From the NCBI GenBank assembly GCA_964016885.1, contig OZ024743.1, forward strand, positions 263,500,001 through 263,564,000: a stretch of 64,000 nt of DNA, read 5' to 3'. The stretch is from Eledone cirrhosa. Taxonomy: Eukaryota. A program made the translations under genes and the position numbers. This document shows positions 49,501-64,000 of this stretch, piece by piece. The notes under the pieces are model-generated. The model saw only the letters and a program-made list of their open reading frames with translations, was not told the origin of the DNA and made no database searches. Each line of letters starts with the position of its first letter. Positions within the stretch are counted from its first letter, which is position 1.

Positions 49501-52500
49501 ATGACAGCGACAATGATGTGGATTATGGTAATGATGACAGCGACAATGATGTGGATTATGGTAATGATGACAACGACAATGATGTGGATTATGGTAATTA
49601 TGACAGCGACAATGATGAGGATTATGGTAATGATGACAACGACAATGATGTGGATTATGGTAATTATGACAACGACAATGATGTGGATTATGGTAATGAT
49701 GACAGCGACAATGATATGGATTATGGTAATGATGACAAAGACAATGATGTGGATTATGGTAATTATGACAGCGACAATGATGTGGATTATGGTAATGATG
49801 ACAACGACAATGATGTGGATTATGGTAATGATGACAGCGACAATGATGTGGATTATGGTAATGATGACAACGACAATGATGTGGATTATGGTAATTATGA
49901 CAACGACAATGATGTGGATTATGGTAATGATGACAACGACAATGATGTGGATTATGGTAATGATGACAGCGACAATGATGAGGATTATGGTAATGATGAC
50001 AACGACAATGATGTGGATTATGGTAATTATGACAACGACAATGATGTGGATTATGGTAATGATGACAGCGACAATGATGAGGATTATGGTAATGATGACA
50101 ACGACAATGATGAGGATTATGGTAATGATGACAACGACAATGATGAGGATTATGGTAATGATGACAGCGACAATGATGTGGATTATGGTAATGATGACAA
50201 CGACAATGATGAGGATTATGGTAATGATGACAACGACAATGATGAGGATTATGGTAATGATGACAACGACAATGATGAGGATTATGGTAATGATAACAGC
50301 GACAATGATGTGGATTATGGTAATTATGACAACGACAATGATGAGGATTATGGTAATGATGACAACGACACTGATGTGGATTATGGTAATGATGACAACG
50401 ACAATGATGAGGATTATGGTAATGATGACAACGACAATGATGTGGATTATGGTAATGATGACAACGACAATGATGAGGATTATGGTAATGATGACAACGA
50501 CAACGATGTGGATTATGGTAATTATGACAACGACAATGATGTGGATTATGGTAATTATGACAACGACAATGATGTGGATTATGGTAATTATGACAACGAC
50601 AATGATGTGGATTATGGTAATGATGACAGCGACAATGATGTGGATTATGGTAATGATGACAACGACAATGATGTGGATTATGGTAATTATGACAACGACA
50701 ATGATGTGGATTATGGTAATTATGACAACGACAATGATGTGGATTATGGTAATTATGACAACGACAATGATGTGGATTATGGTAATTATGACAACGACAA
50801 TGATGTGGATTATGGTAATGATGACAGCGACAATGATGTGGATTATGGTAATGCTGACAGCGACAATGATGAGGATTATGGTAATGATGACAACGACAAT
50901 GATGAGGATTATGGTAATGATGACAGCAACAATGATGTGGATTATGGTAATGATGACAACGACAATGATGAGGATTATGGTAATGATGACAGCGACAATG
51001 ATGTTGATTATGGTAATGATGACAGCAACAATGATGTGGATTATGGTAATGATGACAGCAACAATGATGTGGATTATGGTAACGATGACAACGACAATGA
51101 TGAGGATTATGGTAATGATGACAACGAAAATGATGAGGATTATGGTAATGATGACAACGACAATGATGAGGATTATGGTAATGGTGACAGCGACAATGAT
51201 GATGATTATGGTAATGATGACAGCGACAATGATGTGGATTATGGTAATGATGACAACGACAATGATGAGGATTATGGTAATGATGACAGCAACAATGATG
51301 TGGATTATAGTAATGATGACAACGACAATGATGAGGATTATGGTAATGATGACAGCAACAATGATGTGGATTATGGTAATGATGACAACGACAATGATGA
51401 GGATTATGGTAATGATGACAACGACAATGATGAGGATTCTGGTAATGATGACAGCAACAATGATGTGGATTATGGTAATGATGACAGCGACAATGATGTG
51501 GATTATGGTAATGATGACAACGACAATGATGTCGATTTTGGTAATGATGACAACGACAATGATGAGGATTATGGTAATGATGACAGCGACAATGATGTCG
51601 ATTTTGGTAATGATGACAACGACAATGATGTGGATTATGGTAATGATGACAGCGACAATGATGAGGATTATGGTAATGATGACAACGACAATGATGAGGA
51701 TTATGGTAATGATGACAACGACAATGATGTGGATTATGGTAATGATGACAACGACAATGATGTGGATTATGGTAATGATGACAACGACAATGATGTCGAT
51801 TTTGGTAATGATGACAACGACAATGATGAGGATTATGGTAATGATGACAGCGACAATGATGTGGATTATGGTAATGATGACAACGACAATGATGTGGATT
51901 ATGGTAATGATGACAACGACAATGATGTGGATTATGGTAATGATGACAGCGACAATGATGTGGATTATGGTAATGATGACAACGACAATGATGAGGATTA
52001 TGGTAATGATGACAACGACAATGATGTGGATTATGGTAATGATAACAGCGACAATGATGTGGATTATGGTAATGATGACAGCGACAATGATGAGGATTAT
52101 GGTAATGATGACAACGACAATGATGTGGATTATGGTAATGGTGACAGCGACAATGATGAGGATTATGGTAATGATGACAGCGACAATGATGTGGATTATG
52201 GTAAAGATGACAACGGCAATGATGTGGATTATGGTAATGATAACAGCGACAATGATGTGGATTATGGTAATGATGACAGCGAGAACGATGTGGATTATGG
52301 TAATGATGACAACGACAATGATGTGGATTATGGTAATGATGACAACGACAATGATGTGGATTATGGTAATGATGACAACGACAATGATGTGGATTATGGT
52401 AATGATGACAACGACAATGATGTGGATTATGGTAATGATAACAGCGACAATGATGTGGATTATGGTAATGATGACAGCGACAATGATGTGGATTATGGTA

Positions 52501-55500
52501 ATGATGACAGCGACAATGATGAGGATTATGGTAATGATGACAGCGACAATGATGAGGATTATGGTAATGATAACAGCGACAATGATGTGGATTATGGTAA
52601 TGATGACAGCAACAATGATGTGGATTATGGTAAAGATGACAACGACAATGATGTGGATTATGGTAATGATGACAACGACAATGATGTGGATTATGGTAAT
52701 GATAACAGCGACAATGATGTGGATTATGGTAATGATGACAGCGACAATGATGTGGATTATGGTAATGATGACAACGACAATGATGTGGATTATGGTAATG
52801 ATAACAGCGACAATGATGTGGATTATGGTAATGATGACAGCGACAATGATGAGGATTATGGTAATGATGACAGCGACAATGATGAGGATTATGGTAATGA
52901 TAACAGCGACAATGATGTGGATTATGGTAATGATGACAGCAACAATGATGTGGATTATGGTAATGATGACAGCAACAATGATGTGGATTATGGTAATGAT
53001 GACAACGACAATGATGAGGATTATGGTAATGATGACAGCGACAATGATGAGGATTATGGTAATGATAACAGCGACAATGATGTGGATTATGGTAATGATG
53101 ACAGCAACGATGATGTGGATTATGGTAATGATGACAACGACAATGATGTGGATTATGGTAATGATGACAGCGACAATGATGAGTATTATGGTAATGATGA
53201 GAGCGACAATGATGTGGATTATGGTAATGATGACAACGACAATGATGTGGATTATGGTAATGATGACAGCAACAATGATGTGGATTATGGTAATGAGGAC
53301 AACGACAATGATGTGGATTATGGTAATGATGACAGCGACAATGATGAGTATTATGGTAATGATGACAACGACAATGATGTGGATTATGGTAATGATGACA
53401 GCGACAATGATGAGGATTATGGTAATGATGACAGCAACAATGATGTGGATTATGGTAATGATGACAGCAACAATGATGTGGATTATGGTAATGATGACAG
53501 CGACAATGATGTGGATTATGGTAATGATGACAACGACAATGATGTGGATTATGGTAATGATGACAGCCACAATGATGTGGATTATGGTAATGATGACAAC
53601 GACAATGATGTGGATTATGGTAATGATGACAGCGACAATGATGAGTATTATGGTAATGATGAGAGCGACAATGATGTGGATTATGGTAATGATGACAACG
53701 ACAATGATGTGGATTATGGTAATGATGACAACGACAATGATGAGGATTATGGTAATGATGAGAGCGACAATGATGAGGATTATGGTAATGATGAGAGCGA
53801 CAATGATGTGGATTATGGTAATGATAACAGCGACAATGATGAGGATTATGGTAATGATGAGAGCGACAATGATGAGGATTATGGTAATGATGAGAGCGAC
53901 AATGATGTGGATTATGGTAATGATGACAACGACAATGATGAGTATTATGGTAATGATGACAGCGACAATGATGAGGATTATGGTAATGATGAGAGCGACA
54001 ATGATGAGGATTATGGTAATGATGAGAGCGACAATGATGTGGATTATGGTAATGATGACAGCGACAATGATGAGGATTATGGTAATGATGAGAGCGACAA
54101 TGATGAGGATTATGGTAATGATGAGAGCGACAATGATGTGGATTATGGTAATGATGACAGCGACAATGATGAGGATTATGGTAATGATGACAACGACAAT
54201 GATGTGGATTATGGTAATGATGACAGCAACAATGATGTGGATTATGGTAATGATGACAGCAACAATGATGTGGATTATGGTAATGATGACAGCAACAATG
54301 ATGTGGATTATGGTAATGATGACAGCGACAATGATGAGGATTATGGTAATGATGACAGCAACAATGATGTGGATTATGGTAATGATGACAGCGACAATGA
54401 TGTGGATTATGGTAATGATGACAGCAACAATGATGTGGATTATGGTAATGATGACAGCAACAATGATGTGGATTATGGTAATGATGACAGCAACAATGAT
54501 GTGGATTATGGTAATGATGACAGCGACAATGATGAGGATTATGGTAATGATGACAGCAACAATGATGTGGATTATGGTAATGATGACAGCAACAATGATG
54601 TGGATTATGTTAATGATGACAGCGACAATGATGTGGATTATGATAATGATGACAGCGACAATGATGAGGATTATGGTAATGATGACAGCGACAATGTTGT
54701 GGATTATGGTAATGATGACAGCGACAATGTTGTGGATTATGGTAATGATGACAACGACAATGATGTGGATTATAGTAATGATGACAACGACAATGATGTG
54801 GATTATGGTAATGATGACAACGACAATGATGTGGATTATGGTAATGATGACAACGACAATGATATGGATTATGGTAATGATGACAGCGACAATGATGTGG
54901 ATTATGGTAATGATGACAGCGACAATGATGTGGATTATGGTAATGATGAGAGCGACAATGATGTGGATTATGGTAATGATGACAGCGACAATGATGAGTA
55001 TTATGGTAATGATGACAGCGACAATGTTGTGGATTATGGTAATGAAGAGAGCGACAATGATGTGGATTATGGTAATGATGACAACGACAATGATGAGGAT
55101 TATGGTAATGATGACAGCGACAATGATGTGGATTATGGTAATGATGACAACGACAATGATAAGGATTATGGTAATGATGACAGCAACATTGATGTGGATT
55201 ATGTTAATGATGACAGCGACAATGATGTGGATTATGGTAATGATGACAACGACAATGATGTGGATTATGGTAATGATGACAGCGACAATGATGAGTATTA
55301 TGGTAATGATGAGAGCGACAATGATGTGGATTATGGTAATGATGACAACGACAATGATGTGGATTATGGTAATGATGACAACGACAATGATGAGGATTAT
55401 GGTAATGATGAGAGCGACAATGATGAGGATTATGGTAATGATGAGAGCGACAATGATGTGGATTATGGTAATGATGACAGCGACAATGATGAGGATTATG

Positions 55501-58500
55501 GTAATGATGAGAGCGACAATGATGAGGATTATGGTAATGATGAGAGCGACAATGATGTGGATTATGGTAATGATGACAACGACAATGATGAGTATTATGG
55601 TAATGATGACAGCGACAATGATGAGGATTATGGTAATGATGAGAGCGACAATGATGAGGATTATGGTAATGATGAGAGCGACAATGATGTGGATTATGGT
55701 AATGATGACAGCGACAATGATGAGGATTATGGTAATGATGAGAGCGACAATGATGAGGATTATGGTAATGATGAGAGCGACAATGATGTGGATTATGGTA
55801 ATGATGACAGCGACAATGATGAGGATTATGGTAATGATGACAACGACAATGATGTGGATTATGGTAATGATGACAACGACAATGATGTGAATTATGGTAA
55901 TGATGACAGCAACAATGATGTGGATTATGGTAATGATGACAGCAACAATGATGTGGATTATGGTAATGATGACAGCAACAATGATGTGGATTATGGTAAT
56001 GATGACATCGACAATGATGAGGATTATGGTAATGATGACAGCAACAATGATGTGGATTATGGTAATGATGACAGCGACAATGATGTGGATTATGGTAATG
56101 ATGACAGCGACAATGATGAGGATTATGGTAATGATGACAACGACAATGATGTGGATTATGGTAATGATGACAACGACAATGATGTGGATTATGGTAATGA
56201 TGACAGCAACAATGATGTGGATTATGGTAATGATGACAGCAACAATGATGTGGATTATGGTAATGATGACAGCAACAATGATGTGGATTATGGTAATGAT
56301 GACAGCGACAATGATGAGGATTATGGTAATGATGACAGCAACAATGATGTGGATTATGGTAATGATGACAGCAACAATGATGTGGATTATGTTAATGATG
56401 ACAGCGACAATGATGTGGATTATGGTAATGATGACAGCGACAATGATGAGGATTATGGTAATGATGACAGCGACAATGTTGTGGATTATGGTAATGATGA
56501 CAGCGACAATGTTGTGGATTATGGTAATGATGACAACGACAATGATGTGGATTATAGTAATGATGACAACGACAATGATGTGGATTATGGTAATGATGAC
56601 AACGACAATGATGTGGATTATGGTAATGATGACAACGACAATGATGTGGATTATGGTAATGATGACAACGACAATGATGTGGATTATGGTAATGATGACA
56701 ACGACAATGATGTGGATTATGGTAATGATGACAGCAACAATGATGTGGATTATGGTAATGATGACAGCGACAATGATGTGGATTATGGTAATGATGACAG
56801 CGACAATGATGTGGATTATGGTAATGATGAGAGCGACAATGATGTAGATTATGTTAATGATGACAGCGACAATGATGAGTATTATGGTAATGATGACAGC
56901 GACAATGTTGTGGATTATGGTAATGATGAGAGCGACAATGATGTGGATTATGGTAATGATGACAGCGACAATGTTGTGGATTATGGTAATGATGAGAGCG
57001 ATAATGATGTGGATTATGGTAATGATGACAGCAACAATGATGTGGATTATGGTAATGATGACAGCGACAATGATGTGGATTATGGTAATGATGACAGCGA
57101 CAATGATGTGGATTATGTTAATGATGAGAGCGACAATGATGTGGATTATGGTAATGATGACAGCGACAATGATGAGTATTATGGTAATGATGACAGCGAC
57201 AATGTTGTGGATTATGGTAATGATGACAACGACAATGATGAGGATTATGGTAATGATGACAGCGACAATGATGTGGATTATGGTAATGATGACAACGACA
57301 ATGATGAGGATTATGGTAATGATGACAGCAACATTGATGTGGATTATGGTAATGATGACAACGACAATGATGTGGATTATGGGAATGATGACAACGACAA
57401 TGATGTGGATTATGGTAATGATGACAGCGACAATGATGAGGATTATGGTAATGATGACAACGACAATGATGAGGATTATGGTAATGATGACAGGAACATT
57501 GATGTGGATTACGGTAATGATGACAACGACAATGATGAGGATTATGGTAATGATGACAGCGACAATGATGTGGATTATGGTAATGATGACAGCGACAATG
57601 ATGTGGATTATGGTAATGATGACAACGACAATGATGAGGATTATGGTAATGATGACAGCAACATTGATGTGGATTATGGTAATGATGACAACGACAATGA
57701 TGAGGATTATGGTAATGATGACAACGACAATGATGTGGATTATGGTAATGATGACAGCGACAATGATGAGGATTATGGTAATGATGACAACGACAATGAT
57801 GAGGATTATGGTAATGATGACAGCGACAATGATGAGGATTATGGTAATGATAACAGCGACAATGATGTGGATTATGGTAATGATGACAGCAACAATGATG
57901 TGGATTATGGTAATGATGACAACGACAATGATGAGGTTTATGGTAATGATGACAGCAACAATGATGTGGATTATGGTAATGATGACAACGACAATGATGT
58001 GGGTTATGGTAATGATGACAGCGACAATGATGAGTATTATGGTAATGATGAGAGCGACAATGATGTGGATTATGGTAATGATGACAACGACAATGATGTG
58101 GATTATGGTAATGATGACAGCAACAATGATGTGGATTATGGTAATGAGGACAACGACAATGATGTGGATTATGGTAATGATGACAGCGACAATGATGAGT
58201 ATTATGGTAATGATGACAACGACAATGATGTGGATTATGGTAATGATGACAGCAACAATGATGAGGATTATGGTAATGATGACAGCAACAATGATGTGGA
58301 TTATGGTAATGATGACAGCAACAATGATGTGGATTATGGTAATGATGACAGCGACAATGATGTGGATTATGGTAATGATGACAACGACAATGATGTGGAT
58401 TATGGTAATGATGACAGCGACAATGATGAGTATTATGGTAATGATGAGAGCGACAATGATGTGGATTATGGTAATGATGACAACGACAATGATGTGGATT

Positions 58501-61500
58501 ATGGTAATGATGACAACGACAATGATGAGGATTATGGTAATGATGAGAGCGACAATGATGAGGATTATGGTAATGATGAGAGCGACAATGTTGTGGATTA
58601 TGGTAATGATGAGAGCGACAATGATGTGGATTATGGTAATGATGACAGCGACAATGATGAGGATTAAGGTAATGATGACAGCAACAATGATGTGGATTAT
58701 GGTAATGATGACAGCAACAATGATGTGGATTATGGTAATGATGACAGCGACAATGATGAGTATTATGGTAATGATGAGAGCGACAATGATGTGGATTATG
58801 GTAATGATGACAGCGACAATGATGTGGATTATGGTAATGATGACAGCGACAATGATGAGGATTATGGTAATGATGACAGCGACAATGATGAGGATTATGG
58901 TAATGATAACAGCGACAATGATGTGGATTATGGTAATGATGACAGCAACAATGATGTGGATTATGGTAAAGATGACAACGACAATGATGTGGATTATGGT
59001 AATGATGACAACGACAATGATGTGGATTATGGTAATGATAACAGCGACAATGATGTGGATTATGGTAATGATGACAGCGACAATGATGTGGATTATGGTA
59101 ATGATGACAACGACAATGATGTGGATTATGGTAATGATAACAGCGACAATGATGTGGATTATGGTAATGATGACAGCGACAATGATGAGGATTATGGTAA
59201 TGATGACAGCGACAATGATGAGGATTATGGTAATGATAACAGCGACAATGATGTGGATTATGGTAATGATGACAGCAACAATGATGTGGATTATGGTAAT
59301 GATGACAAAGACAATGATGTGGATTATGGTAATGATAACAGCGACAATGATGTGGATTATGGTAATGATGACAACGACAATGATGTGGATTATGGTAATG
59401 ATAACAGCGACAATGATGAGGATTATGGTAATGATGACAACGACAATGATGAGGATTATGGTAATGATGACAGCGACAATGATGAGGATTATGGTAATGA
59501 TGACAGCGACAATGATGAGGATTATGGTAATGATGACAGCAACAATGATGTGGATTATGGTAATGATGACAGCAACAATGATGTGGATTATGGTAATGAT
59601 GACAACGACAATGATGAGGATTATGGTAATGATGACAGCGACAATGATGAGGATTATGGTAATGATAACAGCGACAATGATGTGGATTATGGTAATGATG
59701 ACAGCAACAATGATGTGGATTATGGTAATGATGACAACGACAATGATGAGGTTTATGGTAATGATGACAGCAACAATGATGTGGATTATGGTAATGATGA
59801 CAACGACAATGATGTGGATTATGGTAATGATGACAGCGACAATGATGAGTATTATGGTAATGATGAGAGCGACAATGATGTGGATTATGGTAATGATGAC
59901 AACGACAATGATGTGGATTATGGTAATGATGATAGCAACAATGATGTGGATTATGGTAATGAGGACAACGACAATGATGTGGATTATGGTAATGATGACA
60001 GCGACAATGATGAGTATTATGGTAATGATGACAACGACAATGATGTGGATTATGGTAATGATGACAGCGACAATGATGAGGATTATGGTAATGATGACAG
60101 CAACAATGATGTGGATTATGGTAATGATGACAGCAACAATGATGAGGATTATGGTAATGATGACAACGACAATGATGTGGATTATGGTAATGATGACAGC
60201 AACAATGATGTGGATTATGGTAATGAGGACAACGACAATGATGTGGATTATGGTAATGATGACAACGACAATGATGTGGATTATGGTAATGATGACAACG
60301 ACAATGATGTGGATTATGGTAATGATGACAGCGACAATGATGTGGATTATGGTAATGATGACAGCGACAATGATGTGGATTATGGTAATGATGACAACGA
60401 CAATGATGTGGATTATGGTAATGATGACAGCGACAATGATGTGGATTATGGTAATGATGACAACGACAATGATGTGGATTATGGTAATGATGACAGCGAC
60501 AATGATGTGGATTATGGTAATGATGACAACGACAATGATGTGAATTATGGTAATGATGACAGCGACAATGATGAGTATTATGGTAATGATGAGAGCGACA
60601 ATGATGTGGATTATGGTAATGATGACAACGACAATGATGTGGATTATGGTAATGATGACAACGACAATGATGAGGATTATGGTAATGATGAGAGCGACAA
60701 TGATGAGGATTATGGTAATGATGAGAGCGACAATGATGTGGATTATGGTAATGATGACAGCGACAATGATGAGGATTATGGTAATGATGAGAGCGACAAT
60801 GATGAGGATTATGGTAATGATGAGAGCGACAATGATGTGGATTATGGTAATGATGACAACGACAATGATGAGTATTATGGTAATGATGAGAGCGACAATG
60901 ATGAGGATTATGGTAATGATGAGAGCGACAATGATGTGGATTATGGTAATGATGACAGCGACAATGATGAGGATTATGGTAATGATGAGAGCGACAATGA
61001 TGTGGATTATGGTAATGATGACAGCGACAATGATGAGGATTATGGTAATGATGAGAGCGACAATGATGAGGATTATGGTAATGATGAGAGCGACAATGAT
61101 GTGGATTATGGTAATGATGACAACGACAATGATGAGTATTATGGTAATGATGACAGCGACAATGATGAGGATTATGGTAATGATGAGAGCGACAATGATG
61201 AGGATTATGGTAATGATGAGAGCGACAATGATGTGGATTATGGTAATGATGACAGCGACAATGATGAGGATTATGGTAATGATGAGAGCGACAATGATGA
61301 GGATTATGGTAATGATGAGAGCGACAATGATGTGGATTATGGTAATGATGACAGCGACAATGATGAGGATTATGGTAATGATGACAGCGACAATGATGTG
61401 GATTATGGTAATGATGACAGCAACAATGATGTGGATTATGGTAATGATGACAGCAACAATGATGTGGATTATGGTAATGATGACAGCGACAATGATGAGG

Positions 61501-64000
61501 ATTATGGTAATGATGACAGGAACATTGATGTGGATTATGGTAATGATGACAGCAACAATGATGTGGATTATGGTAATGATGACAGCGACAATGATGTGGA
61601 TTATGGTAATGATGACAGCAACAATGATGTGGATTATGGTAATGATGACAGCGACAATGATGTGGATTATGGTAATGATGACAGCAACAATGATGTGGAT
61701 TATGGTAATGATGACAGCGACAATGATGTGGATTATGGTAATGATGACAGCGACAATGATGTGGATTATGGTAATGATGACAGCAACAATGATGTGGATT
61801 ATGGTAATGATGACAGCAACAATGATGTGGATTATGGTAATGATGACAGCAACAATGATGTGGATTATGGTAATGATGACAGCGACAATGATGAGGATTA
61901 TGGTAATGATGACAGCAACAATGATGTGGATTATGGTAATGATGACAGCAACAATGATGTGGATTATGGTAATGATGACAGCGACAATGATGAGGATTAT
62001 GGTAATGATGACAGCAACAATGATGTGGATTATGGTAATGATGACAGCAACAATGATGTGGATTATGGTAATGATGACAGCGACAATGATGTGGATTATG
62101 GTAATGATGACAGCAACAATGATGTGGATTATGGTAATGATGACAGCAACAATGATGTGGATTATGGTAATGATGACAGCAACAATGATGTGGATTATGG
62201 TAATGATGACAGCGACAATGATGAGGATTATGGTAATGATGACAGCAACAATGATGTGGATTATGGTAATGATGACAGCAACAATGATGTGGATTATGGT
62301 AATGATGACAGCGACAATGATGAGGATTATGGTAATGATGACAGCAACAATGATGTGGATTATGGTAATGATGACAGCAACAATGATGTGGATTATGGTA
62401 ATGATGACAGCGACAATGATGAGGATTATGGTAATGATGACAGCGACAATGATGAGGATTATGGTAATGATGACAGGAACATTGATGTGGATTATGGTAA
62501 TGATGACAACGACAATGATGTGGATTATGGTAATGATGACAACGACAATGATGTGGATTATGGTAATGATGACAACGACAATGATGTGGATTATGGTAAT
62601 GATGACAACGACAATGATGTGGATTATGGTAATGATGACAGCAACAATGATGTGGATTATGGTAATGATGACAGCGACAATGATGTGGATTATGGTAATG
62701 ATGACAGCGACAATGATGTGGATTATGGTAATGATGACAGCGACAATGATGTGGATTATGGTAATGATGACAGCAACAATGATGTGGATTATGGTAATGA
62801 TGACAGCAACAATGATGTGGATTATGGTAATGATGACAGCGACAATGATGTGGATTATGGTAATGATGACAGCAACAATGATGTGGATTATGGTAATGAT
62901 GACAGCAACAATGATGTGGATTATGGTAATGATGACAGCGACAATGATGAGGATTATGGTAATGATGACAGGAACATTGATGTGGATTATGGTAATGATG
63001 ACAACGACAATGATGTGGATTATGGTAATGATGACAACGACAATGATGTGGATTATGGTAATGATGACAACGACAATGATGTGGATTATGGTAATGATGA
63101 CAACGACAATGATGTGGATTATGGTAATGATGACAGCAACAATGATGTGGATTATGGTAATGATGACAGCGACAATGATGTGGATTATGGTAATGATGAC
63201 AGCGACAATGATGTGGATTATGGTAATGATGACAGCGACAATGATGTGGATTATGGTAATGATGACAGCGACAATGATGAGTATTATGGTAATGATGACA
63301 GCGACAATGTTGTGGATTATGGTAATGATGAGAGCGACAATGATGTGGATTATGGTAATGATGACAGCGACAATGTTGTGGATTATGGTAATGATGAGAG
63401 CGATAATGATGTGGATTATGGTAATGATGACAGCAACAATGATGTGGATTATGGTAATGATGACAGCGACAATGATGTGGATTATGGTAATGATGACAGC
63501 GACAATGATGTGGATTATGGTAATGATGAGAGCGACAATGATGTGGATTATGGTAATGATGACAGCGACAATGATGAGTATTATGGTAATGATGACAGCG
63601 ACAATGTTGTGGATTATGGTAATGAAGAGAGCGACAATGATGTGGATTATGGTAATGATGACAACGACAATGATGAGGATTATGGTAATTATGACAGCGA
63701 CAATGATGTGGATTATGGTAATGATGACAACGACAATGATGAGGATTATGGTAATGATGACAGCAACATTGATGTGGATTATGGTAATGATGACAACGAC
63801 AATGATGTGGATTATGGTAATGATGACAACGACAATGATGTGGATTATGGTAATGATGACAGCGACAATGATGAGGATTATGGTAATGATGACAACGACA
63901 ATGATGAGGATTATGGTAATGATGACAGGAACATTGATGTGGATTATGGTAATGATGACAACGACAATGATGAGGATTATGGTAATGATGACAGCGACAA
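40553..64000. repeat. 33-bp tandem satellite, consensus GATTATGGTAATGATGACARCRACAATGATGWG, ~710 units, continuing past the window end
   Basis: Direct: highly homogeneous units; one 1-bp deletion near 47901 shifts the register. Confidence 0.98.

Noticed and set aside
40534-64000. Giant ORFs (DYGNDDNDNDV, MWIMVMMTTTM and IITIIHIIVVV repeats) as a real Asp-rich or biomineral-like protein
   Set aside because: A 33-bp stop-poor unit opens several frames on both strands automatically. Common variants are non-synonymous in the Asp frame, stops and a frameshift occur, and there is no signal peptide or unique domain.
40553-64000. CRISPR array or telomeric repeat
   Set aside because: There are no unique spacers or cas genes, the context is eukaryotic, and the unit is unrelated to TTAGGG-type repeats.

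Overview
AT-rich, microsatellite-rich eukaryotic DNA with no recognisable host gene. The SINE family and repeat content look like an octopus/cephalopod genome (inference). 1.8-19 kb is a nest of non-LTR retrotransposons inserted into one (ATT)n tract: two Tx1/L1-clade elements (+) and two or three R4/Dong-clade RLE elements (-). 19-30 kb holds decayed repeats: a mariner fragment, a solo LTR, MITEs, a mini-Helitron, RTE fragments, a tRNA-derived SINE and two type-I hammerhead ribozymes beside (TA)n tracts. 30-39 kb is a second, rearranged tandem Dong nest. A SINE cluster at 39.6-40.5 kb is followed by a 33-bp satellite running to the window end (>23 kb). The main leads are a CUUGU stem-loop tail shared by the (ATT)n-inserted Tx1 element and the SINE, exchange of the 5'UTR-ORF1 module between Tx1 copies with near-identical ORF2, a covarying pseudoknot in the Dong 5'UTR, and ribozyme motifs. 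All alignments and foldings were done by eye.
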